From contig JBBRAL010000017.1 of assembly GCA_038206805.1 (NCBI GenBank), forward strand, positions 2,102 to 66,101: 64,000 bases of DNA, given 5' to 3'. This stretch comes from Hyphomicrobiales bacterium. GTDB lineage: Bacteria; Pseudomonadota; Alphaproteobacteria; Rhizobiales; Xanthobacteraceae. Positions 44,406-53,437 of this stretch are shown piece after piece; position 1 is the stretch's first letter, and each line of letters starts with the position of its first letter. The notes beneath the pieces were generated by a model. The model was not told where the DNA came from, did not search any database, and saw only the letters and a program-made list of their open reading frames with translations. Made by a program: the position numbers and the translations under genes.

Positions 44406-44771
44406 TCAATCCCATTCCAGCGCCCCCTTCTTCCACTCATATATAAAGCCGACGGTCAGAACGCCAAGGAACAGCATCATCGACCAGAACCCGAAAAGGC
44501 CGATCTGGCGGAACGCCACCGCCCAGGGGAACAGGAAACTCACCTCAAGATCGAAAATGATGAACAGAATCGCGACCAGATAGAAGCGCACGTCGAATTT
44601 CATGCGCGCGTCGTCGAAAGCGTTGAATCCGCACTCGTAGGCCGAGAGCTTTTCCGGGTCCGGTTGCTTGAAGGCAATGATGAAGGGCGCGACCAGCATC
44701 GCAAGGCCGATCACCAGCGCCACCGCGATAAAAACCACCAGGGGCAGATAATCCAGCGGCAATGTGCTCAT
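44406..44771 (-). CDS. nuoA: NADH-quinone oxidoreductase subunit A
   Basis: [10 protein letters not shown] and FDLE..FLFPWA motifs. Start trimmed to MSTLPL. Confidence 0.96.
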   Translation of the reverse strand: MSTLPLDYLPLVVFIAVALVIGLAMLVAPFIIAFKQPDPEKLSAYECGFNAFDDARMKFDVRFYLVAILFIIFDLEVSFLFPWAVAFRQIGLFGFWSMMLFLGVLTVGFIYEWKKGALEWD

Positions 44772-45006
44772 CGGCGACCTCTGCGTACAGTCCCGCGCCC
44801 CGCTCGGAAACACGCCCGCCCAGGACTGTTCGACGGCGCGAACCGGCGCCGTAGCCCCGCACAAAACGCCCTTGCCGTATTTGGATTTGCCTCAAGGACG
44901 GGAGCGGCTGAGGCTTAGCGCAGCGCACAATGAGTGGCAAGCCGACAATGCGGGCATCCACGATGCGTACACGCTGGGGCGGCCCGTACGCGGCGGTTTG
45001 CAATAA

Positions 45007-45020
45007 TTGACGTAGCGCAA
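45007..45020. promoter_or_regulatory. Fnr/FixK-like box in the nuoA-bug divergent region
   Basis: TTGAC-gtag-CGCAA compared with the consensus TTGAT-N4-ATCAA. Confidence 0.35.
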
Positions 45021-45082
45021 AGCACGCTCGATAGTTATGTGCTGGCGCCCGCAATGAGCGCCCAAATACCACCTGGAAGCGT

Positions 45083-46063
45083 ATGGCCATCAACCCGAAA
45101 GTTGCGTCGCTCCTGGTTCTGACCGCGGCCCTGATCTTCGCCGCCGATCTGGCCAGCGCCGACGGCTATCCCTCCCGTACCGTCAAAATCGTCGCTCCGT
45201 TCGGCGCCGGCGGCCCGACCGATGTCTATACCCGCGCCATTGCCGAGGAATTACGCAAATCCCTGCACCAGAGTTTCATCATCGAGAACCGCCCGGGCGC
45301 CGGCAGCACCATCGGCACCGACCTGGTCGCCAAGGCCAGCCCCGACGGCTACACGCTGCTGATGGTTTCCGGCACCCAGGCCGTCAACGAGACGCTTTAC
45401 TCCAAGAAGCCGTATCACCTTATGCGCGATCTCGTGCCGATTGCGTCGCTGATCGACAGCGACCTGGTGCTCGTCGTGCACCCGTCGGTGCCGGCCAACA
45501 ATATCAAGGAACTGCTGGCGCTGGCGCGGGCCAATCCCGGCACCCTCAATTACGGCTCGTCGGGACCCGGCTCGAACTATCACATGGCCGCCGAGCTTTT
45601 GAAGAACCTGACCGATATCGACATCGTCCATGTGCCCTACAAGGGCTCCACCGGCATGCGCACCGACATTCTCAGCGGGCAAATCCAGATGCTGTTCGAT
45701 AGCGTCCCCACCATGGCGGCAATGATCAAGACCGGGCGCGTTCGCGCGCTCGGCACCAGCGGCACGACGCGCTCGCCGATCCTGCCGGATGTGCCGACGC
45801 TGGATGAAGCCGGCGTCCCGGGTTTCCACGCCACCTTGTGGGTCGGCTTCATGGCGCCCGCCGGCACACCGCAGCCAATCGTGGAACTGCTCAACCGGGA
45901 GATCGGCAAGATTCTATTGCGCCCCGATATCAAAGCCGCCTGGGAAAAGACCGGCGCCACCCCGGTCATCATGACGCAGCCGGAATTCAAGGCGTTCATG
46001 GAGGCGCAGGTGGCGAAATGGGGCAACCTCATCAAGGCCAACCACATTCCGCCGATCAATTAG
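45083..46063 (+). CDS. Tripartite tricarboxylate transporter substrate-binding protein (Bug/TctC), orphan
   Basis: PFGAGGPTD, ENRPGAG..IG, PDGYTLL, HVPYKG and PDVPT..EAG motifs. Confidence 0.92.
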   Translation: MAINPKVASLLVLTAALIFAADLASADGYPSRTVKIVAPFGAGGPTDVYTRAIAEELRKSLHQSFIIENRPGAGSTIGTDLVAKASPDGYTLLMVSGTQAVNETLYSKKPYHLMRDLVPIASLIDSDLVLVVHPSVPANNIKELLALARANPGTLNYGSSGPGSNYHMAAELLKNLTDIDIVHVPYKGSTGMRTDILSGQIQMLFDSVPTMAAMIKTGRVRALGTSGTTRSPILPDVPTLDEAGVPGFHATLWVGFMAPAGTPQPIVELLNREIGKILLRPDIKAAWEKTGATPVIMTQPEFKAFMEAQVAKWGNLIKANHIPPIN

Positions 46064-46080
46064 TAATGGCCCGCTTGAAT

Positions 46081-46638
46081 TTATTTGCAGGCCGTCTTTT
46101 TGAGTAAAAAAGCGTGGTTTTCGGCGTTGGTCCGGCTCAAATTCAGGAAGGGGCCGCCGTCGTAAGGAGCCGGAACAAGTTCGAGCCGCTCCCGGATCGA
46201 GACCAGCACGCCATCGGGTTTTCCTTCGACGCTAAAGGTACCTGCATCGGCGGAGTCAATTCGGCATTGGCGGACGCCGTCGCGCTTGGATTTGCAGGTA
46301 TCCGCTTCGGCAGCCGAAAGCGACCCGTTGCAATGCAGGTTGTTCCCTTCCGCCCGGCAGACGCCATGGGAATCGAAACTCTGGCTTCGGCCGCGTACCC
46401 AAATATTAAGACTGCCGTCCGCCACGAAACGATCACGTTCATTCCACACGCCGGGCCGCGTCGCCTCGATCGAAATCGTCGCCCGCACGACGATCTGCCC
46501 TTTGTGCCTTGACATATACGCGGCGTCATAAACGCGCTCGTAGCAACCCGCGAGCGGTGGCGCCTCGGTGGCGCCCACGACGCCTGCCGCAAGAGTGGCG
46601 CCGGCCGCAACTGCAATTCCCCAGAAAAATGACGCCAT
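46081..46638 (-). CDS. Hypothetical secreted Cys-containing protein
   Basis: RBS GGAAGGAGA and signal peptide MASFFWGIAVAAG; CYERVYDAAY..RHKGQ; six Cys. Confidence 0.7.
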   Translation of the reverse strand: MASFFWGIAVAAGATLAAGVVGATEAPPLAGCYERVYDAAYMSRHKGQIVVRATISIEATRPGVWNERDRFVADGSLNIWVRGRSQSFDSHGVCRAEGNNLHCNGSLSAAEADTCKSKRDGVRQCRIDSADAGTFSVEGKPDGVLVSIRERLELVPAPYDGGPFLNLSRTNAENHAFLLKKTACK

Positions 46639-46808
46639 TCTGGTTCTCCTTCCCATTCGCGGAGCTGACAGGATATAGCGCCAAATTGCCATCCGCATGC
46701 AATGTCGGAGCCATTCCGAATTGACCTGGCGCGCGGGAAACTGTTTTCGAATAGGATCGCATGCCAGCAAGACGCGGTATAAAGCCAACCGAACTGAATG
46801 GGTGAACG

Positions 46809-47741
46809 ATGAATGAAATGACCAAGCCAACCGCGGCCACCATTAAGGGCGAGGAGCATTGGACGACCAAGGACGGCGGCGTGAAGCTGTTCATGTGGGA
46901 AAAATGCGCCGGCGATCCGGCAAAGAGCATCGGCACTATTCTGTTCGTGCACGGCTCGTCGATGGCATCGCAGCCGACCTTCGATCTGCAGGTGCCAGGA
47001 CGGCCCGGTTCGTCGGCGATGGATCACTTTGCCGGCCGCGGTTACGACTGCTGGAGCGTCGACATGGAGGGCTATGGCCGCTCGACCAAGGACCGCGACA
47101 ACAACGCGCCGATTTCGCAAGGCGCCGACGATTGCTATGCGGCCGCACTTTATATCCAGAAACTGCGCGGCAAGCGGCCGTTGCTGGTGTACGGCATTTC
47201 CTCCGGCGCTTTGCGCGCCGCGATGTTCGCCGAACGCCACCCCGACATGGTGGCGCGGCTGGCGCTCGACGCCATGGTGTGGACCGGCGAAGGCTCGCCC
47301 ACGCTGGAACAGCGGCGCAAGAAGCTGCCTGAGTTCATCGCCAAGAACCGCCGACCGATTGACAAGGCTTTCATCCATTCGATCTTCGACCGCGATCATC
47401 CCGGCACCGCCGAGGTGAAAGTCATCGAAGCCTTTGCAGACGCAGTGACCGCGCTCGATTCCTCGGTGCCGACCGGCACTTACGTGGATATGTGCTCGCG
47501 CCTGCCGGTGGTGAACCCGGACAAGATCGCCGTGCCGGTGCTGATCATGCGCGGGCAATGGGACGGCATCGCATCGATGGAGGATTTACTGAAATTCTTC
47601 GCCAAGCTGCCCAATCCCGACAAGCAGTTTTCGGTGATGGCCGGCATTTCGCACGCCAGCTTCCAGCAGAAGAACTACATGACGGTCTATCACATCCTGG
47701 CGGAATTCTTCGCACAGCCGGCGCCGGTGTATCGGGGGTGA
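46809..47741 (+). CDS. Alpha/beta hydrolase
   Basis: LFVHGS, DMEGYGRS, nucleophile elbow GISSG, C-terminal His. Confidence 0.88.
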   Translation: MNEMTKPTAATIKGEEHWTTKDGGVKLFMWEKCAGDPAKSIGTILFVHGSSMASQPTFDLQVPGRPGSSAMDHFAGRGYDCWSVDMEGYGRSTKDRDNNAPISQGADDCYAAALYIQKLRGKRPLLVYGISSGALRAAMFAERHPDMVARLALDAMVWTGEGSPTLEQRRKKLPEFIAKNRRPIDKAFIHSIFDRDHPGTAEVKVIEAFADAVTALDSSVPTGTYVDMCSRLPVVNPDKIAVPVLIMRGQWDGIASMEDLLKFFAKLPNPDKQFSVMAGISHASFQQKNYMTVYHILAEFFAQPAPVYRG

Positions 47742-47747
47742 GAGTTT

Positions 47748-47870
47748 GTGTCCCGGGCGCAGCGCAGCGTGAAACGGTGCGCTGCCGACCCGGGACCGTT
47801 ACGAATTCCAAGTTTGGAAAGGTCCCGGATCAGCGGTGCACCACTTCGTGCTGCACCGCGTCCGGGACAC
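47748..47870. repeat. Multi-hairpin REP-like palindrome between convergent genes
   Basis: GTGTCCCGG...CCGGGACAC termini, inner CCGGGACC/GGTCCCGG, and two side hairpins. Confidence 0.8.
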
Positions 47871-47876
47871 GAGTCC

Positions 47877-48599
47877 TCACACCCCGAGCTTATCCGCCAA
47901 ACCGGCTAAATCTTTCGCGGCGAAATCGACGGTAACCGTCGGCGCGGCCTCGCCTGTGTTCGGCCCGTATTCGTCCACCCGCGCGGTATGGCCAGTGCGC
48001 AATCCCAACTTCGCCGCCGCGGCGAGATCGTTGCTGTGCGCGGCCACCATCATGCATTGCGCGGGCTTGAGATCGAACGCTTCGCAGGCGGCGAGATAGG
48101 CGCGCGGTTTAGGCTTGTAGTCGCCGGCAATTTCCGCGCCGAGGATCGCGTCCCATGGAAAATTGTTGCGGCGGGCGAGATCGACCATCAACGAAATGTT
48201 GCCGTTCGATACCGGCGCGAGCCGAAATTTCTTTTTGAGCCGCGCCAGCGCAGCCGGCACGTCCGGCCAAGCATCGAGGCGGTGCCAGGACAGCGTCAAT
48301 TCGCGCAACACCGCATCGGATAGATTCGGCAATTCGAAACGCGGCAGCAATCGTTCGAGACCCCGCCGATGCAGTAGGTCGAGCTTGGCAAAGGCCTGCC
48401 GGCCGGAGCGCACTTCCTCCATCCCCGGCTGGTATTCGCCGCGCCATGCGTCGGCAAAGGCCGTCCAATCGAGCTTATACCCAAGGGGGCTGAGTATTTT
48501 TTCAGCCTCCCGGGCGACCGACCTGCGCCAGTCCACCAGGCTGCCGAATACGTCGAAAAACAGCGCTTCGACGCCGAGGATCGGGGTGTCTACGTGCAT
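47877..48599 (-). CDS. Haloacid dehalogenase type II
   Basis: FDVFGSLVDW, SNGN, YKP.P..Y and MVAAH..DL motifs. Confidence 0.9.
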   Translation of the reverse strand: MHVDTPILGVEALFFDVFGSLVDWRRSVAREAEKILSPLGYKLDWTAFADAWRGEYQPGMEEVRSGRQAFAKLDLLHRRGLERLLPRFELPNLSDAVLRELTLSWHRLDAWPDVPAALARLKKKFRLAPVSNGNISLMVDLARRNNFPWDAILGAEIAGDYKPKPRAYLAACEAFDLKPAQCMMVAAHSNDLAAAAKLGLRTGHTARVDEYGPNTGEAAPTVTVDFAAKDLAGLADKLGV

Positions 48600-48657
48600 G
48601 AAAACGCCCCCCAAAGTGGCCGTATCGGGCGCCGATTCTGCCACCCGTAACCGGGGC

Positions 48658-48670
48658 TAAGTCATTGATA
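48658..48670 (-). promoter_or_regulatory. IHF consensus site at the 3' end of tRNA-Asp
   Basis: Minus strand TATCAA-TGAC-TTA matches WATCAA-N4-TTR exactly, 3 bp from the CCA. Confidence 0.55.
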
Positions 48671-48673
48671 AAA

Positions 48674-48750
48674 TGGCGGGAGCGACGGGACTCGAACCCG
48701 CGGCCTCTGCCGTGACAGGGCAGCGCTCTAACCAACTGAGCTACGCCCCC
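48674..48750 (-). tRNA. tRNA-Asp(GTC)
   Basis: GGGGGCGTAGCTCAGTTGGTTAGAGCG...CT-GTC-AC...GGTTCGAGTCC...CCA; cloverleaf pairs. Promoter TTGACT-N17-TACGTC at 48793-48765. Confidence 0.97.
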
Positions 48751-48939
48751 GCGGGCGTGGGGAGGACGTAAAGGCCCCCCTCCCCTTAGTCAAGGTAAAC
48801 CCATCCCCTGCGCGCAAATTTGCGAAAAAGCCTTATTTATCGCGAAGAATCGATGGTCAGAGGGTACCCGAATCGTCTATGCGGGCAGGGTGTTTGGCGC
48901 TTCGCCAAACCGGCGGATTCAATGAGGAGGGTCCCACAG

Positions 48940-49248
48940 ATGGCTATCGTTCCTGGAAAAGCCCCACCACCGGTAACAGTCACGTTGAAGCATCTCTCCG
49001 CGGCGCTCGCGGAAACGCACGAGATGTCGAAGAAGCAGGCGGAAGCCATACTCGGCGATTTCGTCGGCAACATCGTCAAGCATTTGAAGAAAGGCGAGCG
49101 TATCCGCATCGGCGGTCTCGGCATCCTTCAGGTGCGCAAGCGTGCGGCGCGCATGGGCCGAAATCCCGCGACCGGCGAAGCGATCCAGATCAAGGCCAGC
49201 AAGAAGGTCGCTTTCCGCGCCTCCAAGGAACTCAAAGAGTCGGTCTGA
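48940..49248 (+). CDS. HU-family DNA-binding protein
   Basis: GLG.LQVRKRAARMGRNPATGE.IQI.ASKKVAF motif; RBS GAGGAGG. Confidence 0.93.
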   Translation: MAIVPGKAPPPVTVTLKHLSAALAETHEMSKKQAEAILGDFVGNIVKHLKKGERIRIGGLGILQVRKRAARMGRNPATGEAIQIKASKKVAFRASKELKESV

Positions 49249-49284
49249 CGTCGTTCAGGCCGGACCCTCCGGGGCGATTAGCGG

Positions 49285-49325
49285 CAGGCGCGGGTAGCGA
49301 TCGGCTCCCGCGCCTGTTGTTCTTT
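49285..49325 (+). terminator. Putative terminator after the HU gene
   Basis: CAGGCGCGGG...CCCGCGCCTG followed by TTGTTCTTT. Confidence 0.6.
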
Positions 49326-49479
49326 GTTTGCCGGATATGATCGCAGATTTGCCGTGCTCGCGGCGCATTGCCCGCCCACGCGATTCAGGTTCCGGCGCCG
49401 CAACCCGCACTTACTTCGAGCGCGAGTCGGCCTTCACACCGCGATTGGATCGCCAGGCGGCCGGCGATCCGCTCAACAT

Positions 49480-51207
49480 TTAATTGGCGCCGGCCTTTGC
49501 ATCGTTCTGCGCCGGGGACGAAGGTCCCAATAATTTCCCGACTTCCCTGTCGGTATCACCGCCATTCATCGAGAACGGGCGGGTGCCTTCGGTCTGCAGC
49601 TTGGCCCTTTTGGCCAGCGCGGCGTTGACCATCGTTTTACATTCGGCCGGAATCGGGGTGCCCGCGCCTGGTGTCCACTCACCACGAACGGCTGCCTGCG
49701 CCATGTAATTGCAGTAAGCCTCGTTCTCATCGGCCGCCGGTGGCGAAGGAGGCGGCGGAGGTGGATTGGCCGCCACGGGCGCTGCGGCGGCCGCAAGCTG
49801 CGGCTGACCGTCGTCACTGGCATTCGTATTATTGTCGTTGGCTGGCCCTGACAGGGCTTCTCGCAACCGATCTCTCAAGGTATTTTTTCGCGTCGCCTTT
49901 GGCACCTTGGGACCGCACGACGCCGGCATGACCCAGGTGGCCGGAGTGGACGCCGGGACGATGCCTTCATTGGTCGACCATGCGCTGAGGAACCTTTGCT
50001 TGGCGCATTCCGCGACGGCATCGGGATTGAAATCCGGAGCATTGGCGGTACGGCATTGGCCGGCGAGTTCGGGCTCGGCCCACATCACCGCCTCTCCGTA
50101 TTTGGTTTCGCGGCAGGCATCCATGGCATCGCCTTCCTGCACGCCGTCGCACAAGTGTGACTGGTCGATTGCCTCTTTCTTGATGTGGTAGGGATGCCAT
50201 CGCAAGGGCACGTCGACGAACGGCGGATCACTACCGTTTATCGGCTGCAAGCACTGCATGTCTTGTGGTTTGACCGGCACACCATGGTCGGCCATCAGGC
50301 GCTTGAGCTTGCGGATGCGCTGGGGCCGATCCGATGCGCCGTCAGGCAGGTCCATGATCGAACCGGCCATTGCCTGGATTTCGCGTGCGACATCGGGAGT
50401 GACACGGCCCGTGGGAGGGCGCGGCAATACGGCTCCGCCGGCTAAACTTGCCTGCACGAAACATTCACCGACGTCCGGACCCTGGCCGGCCGTATTTGTA
50501 TAGGTTATAATTCGTCCGCCTCGATCTGAGCATTGCTGCTTGGTGAGACGATGGAACAACTGCGGGCCGTTCGCAGCCCGCGCCGGTTGGGCGCGGCTGG
50601 CAAACGGGTTTGCGTTGGCAAAAGCTTGGCTGGCGCCAGTCGAGACGGGCGTTTGTTGCGGCGAATTCAGCCCCTGATATATTTGTTCCAATTCCCGCTG
50701 CGCCGCGATTTCATTTTGCACTTTTTGCTGCGCGTCCTTTGCATCCTGATCGCGCCAATATTCAGCGGTACTCCGCGGGAGGCAGCCGCCGTTGCTGCAT
50801 ACATTGCCTGAAGGGCAATATCGGCCGTTGCCGCAGTCCACCGCACCGCTGGGCATGCAACGGCCATCGGGAGTCTGTCTGAAGCCGGGCCGGCATGAGC
50901 CGCCGGGCGACGGTGAGCCGTTGCCGCCGTTACTGTTCTCGATAATGGTGCCCAGGACACCGAGGGCCATTCCGGCCGCGCCTATAGCCGCGCCGGCATT
51001 GCTGCCTCCGCCCCCTCTATAAACAACCCCACCGCCTCCGCCGCTCCCGCCGCAATCGTTGAGGCGTGCCTGATTGTTAGGATGGCCGACGCACGCAACT
51101 GCATAGTCGGGCGTCAGCGCCACACCGAGAGTTGCAACGAGGCAGACGCCCGCTGCGATACGCAAGGCTATCGGCCAGAAATTTCCAGCAATTGTTTGCA
51201 TTTTCAT
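49480..51207 (-). CDS. Large secreted Gly/Cys/Pro-rich hypothetical protein
   Basis: Signal peptide, Gly-rich linkers, glycine-zipper-like segment, Cys cluster CRPGF...CMP..AVDC....CP....C....C, helical Cys-paired C-half; RBS AGGGGG. Confidence 0.75.
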   Translation of the reverse strand: MKMQTIAGNFWPIALRIAAGVCLVATLGVALTPDYAVACVGHPNNQARLNDCGGSGGGGGVVYRGGGGSNAGAAIGAAGMALGVLGTIIENSNGGNGSPSPGGSCRPGFRQTPDGRCMPSGAVDCGNGRYCPSGNVCSNGGCLPRSTAEYWRDQDAKDAQQKVQNEIAAQRELEQIYQGLNSPQQTPVSTGASQAFANANPFASRAQPARAANGPQLFHRLTKQQCSDRGGRIITYTNTAGQGPDVGECFVQASLAGGAVLPRPPTGRVTPDVAREIQAMAGSIMDLPDGASDRPQRIRKLKRLMADHGVPVKPQDMQCLQPINGSDPPFVDVPLRWHPYHIKKEAIDQSHLCDGVQEGDAMDACRETKYGEAVMWAEPELAGQCRTANAPDFNPDAVAECAKQRFLSAWSTNEGIVPASTPATWVMPASCGPKVPKATRKNTLRDRLREALSGPANDNNTNASDDGQPQLAAAAAPVAANPPPPPPSPPAADENEAYCNYMAQAAVRGEWTPGAGTPIPAECKTMVNAALAKRAKLQTEGTRPFSMNGGDTDREVGKLLGPSSPAQNDAKAGAN

Positions 51208-51378
51208 GTACTTGCCCCCTTGAGCACGCAATTGCCCAAGAATCGATATGATCCTTCATAATCGAAAGGCTGTAAAGATCGCTGACTTGAATTAGCTCCA
51301 AGCGCGCCGATCCATTGCCCCAAGGGAGTGCCCCGAAATAGGCTAGACGCGTGCCAGGACGACAAGGGGGGGAGTTGA

Positions 51379-52638
51379 ATGACGCGTGCGTTCTTACTGA
51401 GCTTGTTTCTGGCGCTGGCGTGCGTTCGGGCAAGCGATGGCCAAGCTCAGACTCCGCCCCCCGCGGTCAATTCCAGCTTGGACGCGGACCGCGCAAAATC
51501 CAACGCGCTGACACCCGAGCAGCGCGGTCAGGCACAGGATCTGTTCAAGGAGGCCTTTGAGCAATCCCGCGCCGGTCAATTCGAGGCGGCGAAGCTTTTG
51601 TTCGAAAGCGGCCTTGCCATCGATCCTGCGAACGTCTTTGCGAATTTTTTTCTGGCGCAAACGTTGCAGCAACTGAACGACAAGTCGCAGGCGTCGATTT
51701 TCTTCAATAAGGTGATCGCCCTCGACCCCAACTCGGACAGCGCTCTCAAATCCACGGATGCGCTCAGAAATCTCGCCGCATCGGGTTTGCCCGCATCACC
51801 TGGCGCCGTGGTGTTTGACAAAACACGTCCTGCGGTTCCGATTCCGGCGGAGCAGGAACGCCTGTTGAAGCCGAAAGATAGTTTCAAGGAATGCGCGCAG
51901 TGTCCTGAAATGGTGGTGGTACCTGCCGGTACTTTCCTCATGGGTTATGGAAAAGAAGACGAACTTGATTATACTTTAGGTGAGAATGAAAAGCCGCGGC
52001 ACAAGGTCGTATTCGCGCAACCATTTGCGGTCGGAAAATTCTCGGTCACGTTCGACGAATGGGATGCCTGCGTCGCCGACGGCGGCTGCAACAACTACAA
52101 GCCCCTCGACAAGGGATGGGGCCGCGGCCGGCAGCCGGTAATCTATGTCTCCTGGAACGACGCCAAAAATTACCTGACATGGATTTCGCAAAAGACCGGC
52201 AAACCCTATCGATTGTTGAGCGAAGCGGAACGGGAATATGTGACCCGCGCAGGAACGACGACGGTGTTCTGGTGGGGCGACCAAATATCAACCAGCCTTG
52301 CCAACTACAACGGCAATTATACCTACCACAACGGCCCGAAGGGCGAATTCCGGCAGAGGGCATTGCCGGTTGACAGCTTTGCTCCCAATCCCTGGGGTCT
52401 ATACCAAGTGCACGGAAATGTATCCGAATGGATGGAAGATTGCTGGACCAAGAATTACGATGGTGCGCCGGAAAATGGCTCGGCTCGTACCGACGGGAAT
52501 TGTGCAGCCCGTTTCATTCGCGGCGGTTCCTGGGACACCTTGCCGGAATACCTACGTTCGGCTGCCCGCTTCAACGAATTTAATAAAATCCGGCATTATG
52601 CTCTCGGCTTTCGGGTCACCAGGAGTCTCGCCCGCTGA
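51379..52638 (+). CDS. Secreted TPR + FGE-sulfatase (SUMF1/EgtB/PvdO-like) domain protein
   Basis: Signal peptide, TPR-like helices, CPEMVVVPAG.F.MG, RLLSEAEREY, PNPWGLYQVHGNV.EW, RGGSW and GFRV motifs. Confidence 0.88.
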   Translation: MTRAFLLSLFLALACVRASDGQAQTPPPAVNSSLDADRAKSNALTPEQRGQAQDLFKEAFEQSRAGQFEAAKLLFESGLAIDPANVFANFFLAQTLQQLNDKSQASIFFNKVIALDPNSDSALKSTDALRNLAASGLPASPGAVVFDKTRPAVPIPAEQERLLKPKDSFKECAQCPEMVVVPAGTFLMGYGKEDELDYTLGENEKPRHKVVFAQPFAVGKFSVTFDEWDACVADGGCNNYKPLDKGWGRGRQPVIYVSWNDAKNYLTWISQKTGKPYRLLSEAEREYVTRAGTTTVFWWGDQISTSLANYNGNYTYHNGPKGEFRQRALPVDSFAPNPWGLYQVHGNVSEWMEDCWTKNYDGAPENGSARTDGNCAARFIRGGSWDTLPEYLRSAARFNEFNKIRHYALGFRVTRSLAR

Positions 52639-52701
52639 TTGCCGGCGGGACACGACGCGGTTATTGCAGCGAGAGCCGGCGCCAGAAGATGAGCCAGCGG
52701 C

Positions 52702-53100
52702 TCAATATTCCTCCACGCCTGAACACACACTGTCGATCTGACGTTTAGTGACCATCACGTAGTGATAGGCGCTGACAAATTGATTCAGCATCAATGGATC
52801 GCGACGGCACTCCCCGGCCAGTCGCGTTTCCAATTCGCGTCTCCATTGATCCTTAATTGGCAGAGAAAATTCTTTCATCCACTTGCAAAACTTTTCGGGA
52901 TCCTTAGCCAAAGCATCCATATTAATTTTCTTGGTCTTTTTGTCGGCATCAGCAAATTTTCTTGCCTGCCTTTTTAACATCGCTTCGTCTTTCTTGAGGC
53001 AATCGACGAACGTCATCACAGCGGCGGACGGAGTCACCAGCGATATCGCCATCCAGGCCGAGAGTGCGAGCACAAGTGCGCGGCGAAATGTTCGCTCCAT
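52702..53100 (-). CDS. Small secreted helical hypothetical protein (4 Cys, Lys-rich)
   Basis: RBS GGAGGG, signal peptide MERTFRRALVLALSAW..., lower GC. Confidence 0.65.
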   Translation of the reverse strand: MERTFRRALVLALSAWMAISLVTPSAAVMTFVDCLKKDEAMLKRQARKFADADKKTKKINMDALAKDPEKFCKWMKEFSLPIKDQWRRELETRLAGECRRDPLMLNQFVSAYHYVMVTKRQIDSVCSGVEEY

Positions 53101-53252
53101 CGGAGCCCTCCAATCCGTAGGTTCGTCCCAATGCCCGAAGTATTCAGAGTGACCTAAAGTTGATCGGCCGGCAACCGGCAAACCCGGTCGTCACGGCGAG
53201 GCGGAGACATCAGAGCCGAAAGTAAAATAATTTCAGAGATTTATTAAATGAG

Positions 53253-53328
53253 TGGTGGGCGATGACGGACTCGAACCGCCGACATCCTCCGTGTAAAGGA
53301 GGCGCTCTACCAACTGAGCTAATCGCCC
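53253..53328 (-). tRNA. tRNA-Val(TAC)
   Basis: GGGCGATTAGCTCAGTTGGTAGAGCG...TT-TAC-AC...GGTTCGAGTCC...CCA. Confidence 0.97.
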
Positions 53329-53385
53329 GATCATGCTCAATATCGCCGGAACGTATGGCGATGCAAGCACTGCCGTATCCATAAC

Positions 53386-53413
53386 AAAAACGGCGCCTCG
53401 CGGCGCCGCTTTT
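53386..53413. terminator. Bidirectional terminator after lon
   Basis: AAAAA-CGGCGCC-tcgc-GGCGCCG-cTTTT. Confidence 0.75.
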
Positions 53414-53437
53414 TATCGGTTGATTGACTCGGCGCGC

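Noticed and set aside
52500-52638. FGE-sulfatase C-terminus as the variable region of a diversity-generating retroelement
   Set aside because: No reverse transcriptase or template-repeat copy is visible in the window; a remote target cannot be excluded.
49250-53252. Intact integrative element or prophage at tRNA-Val
   Set aside because: No integrase, no phage genes, and no duplicated tRNA 3' end found by eye.
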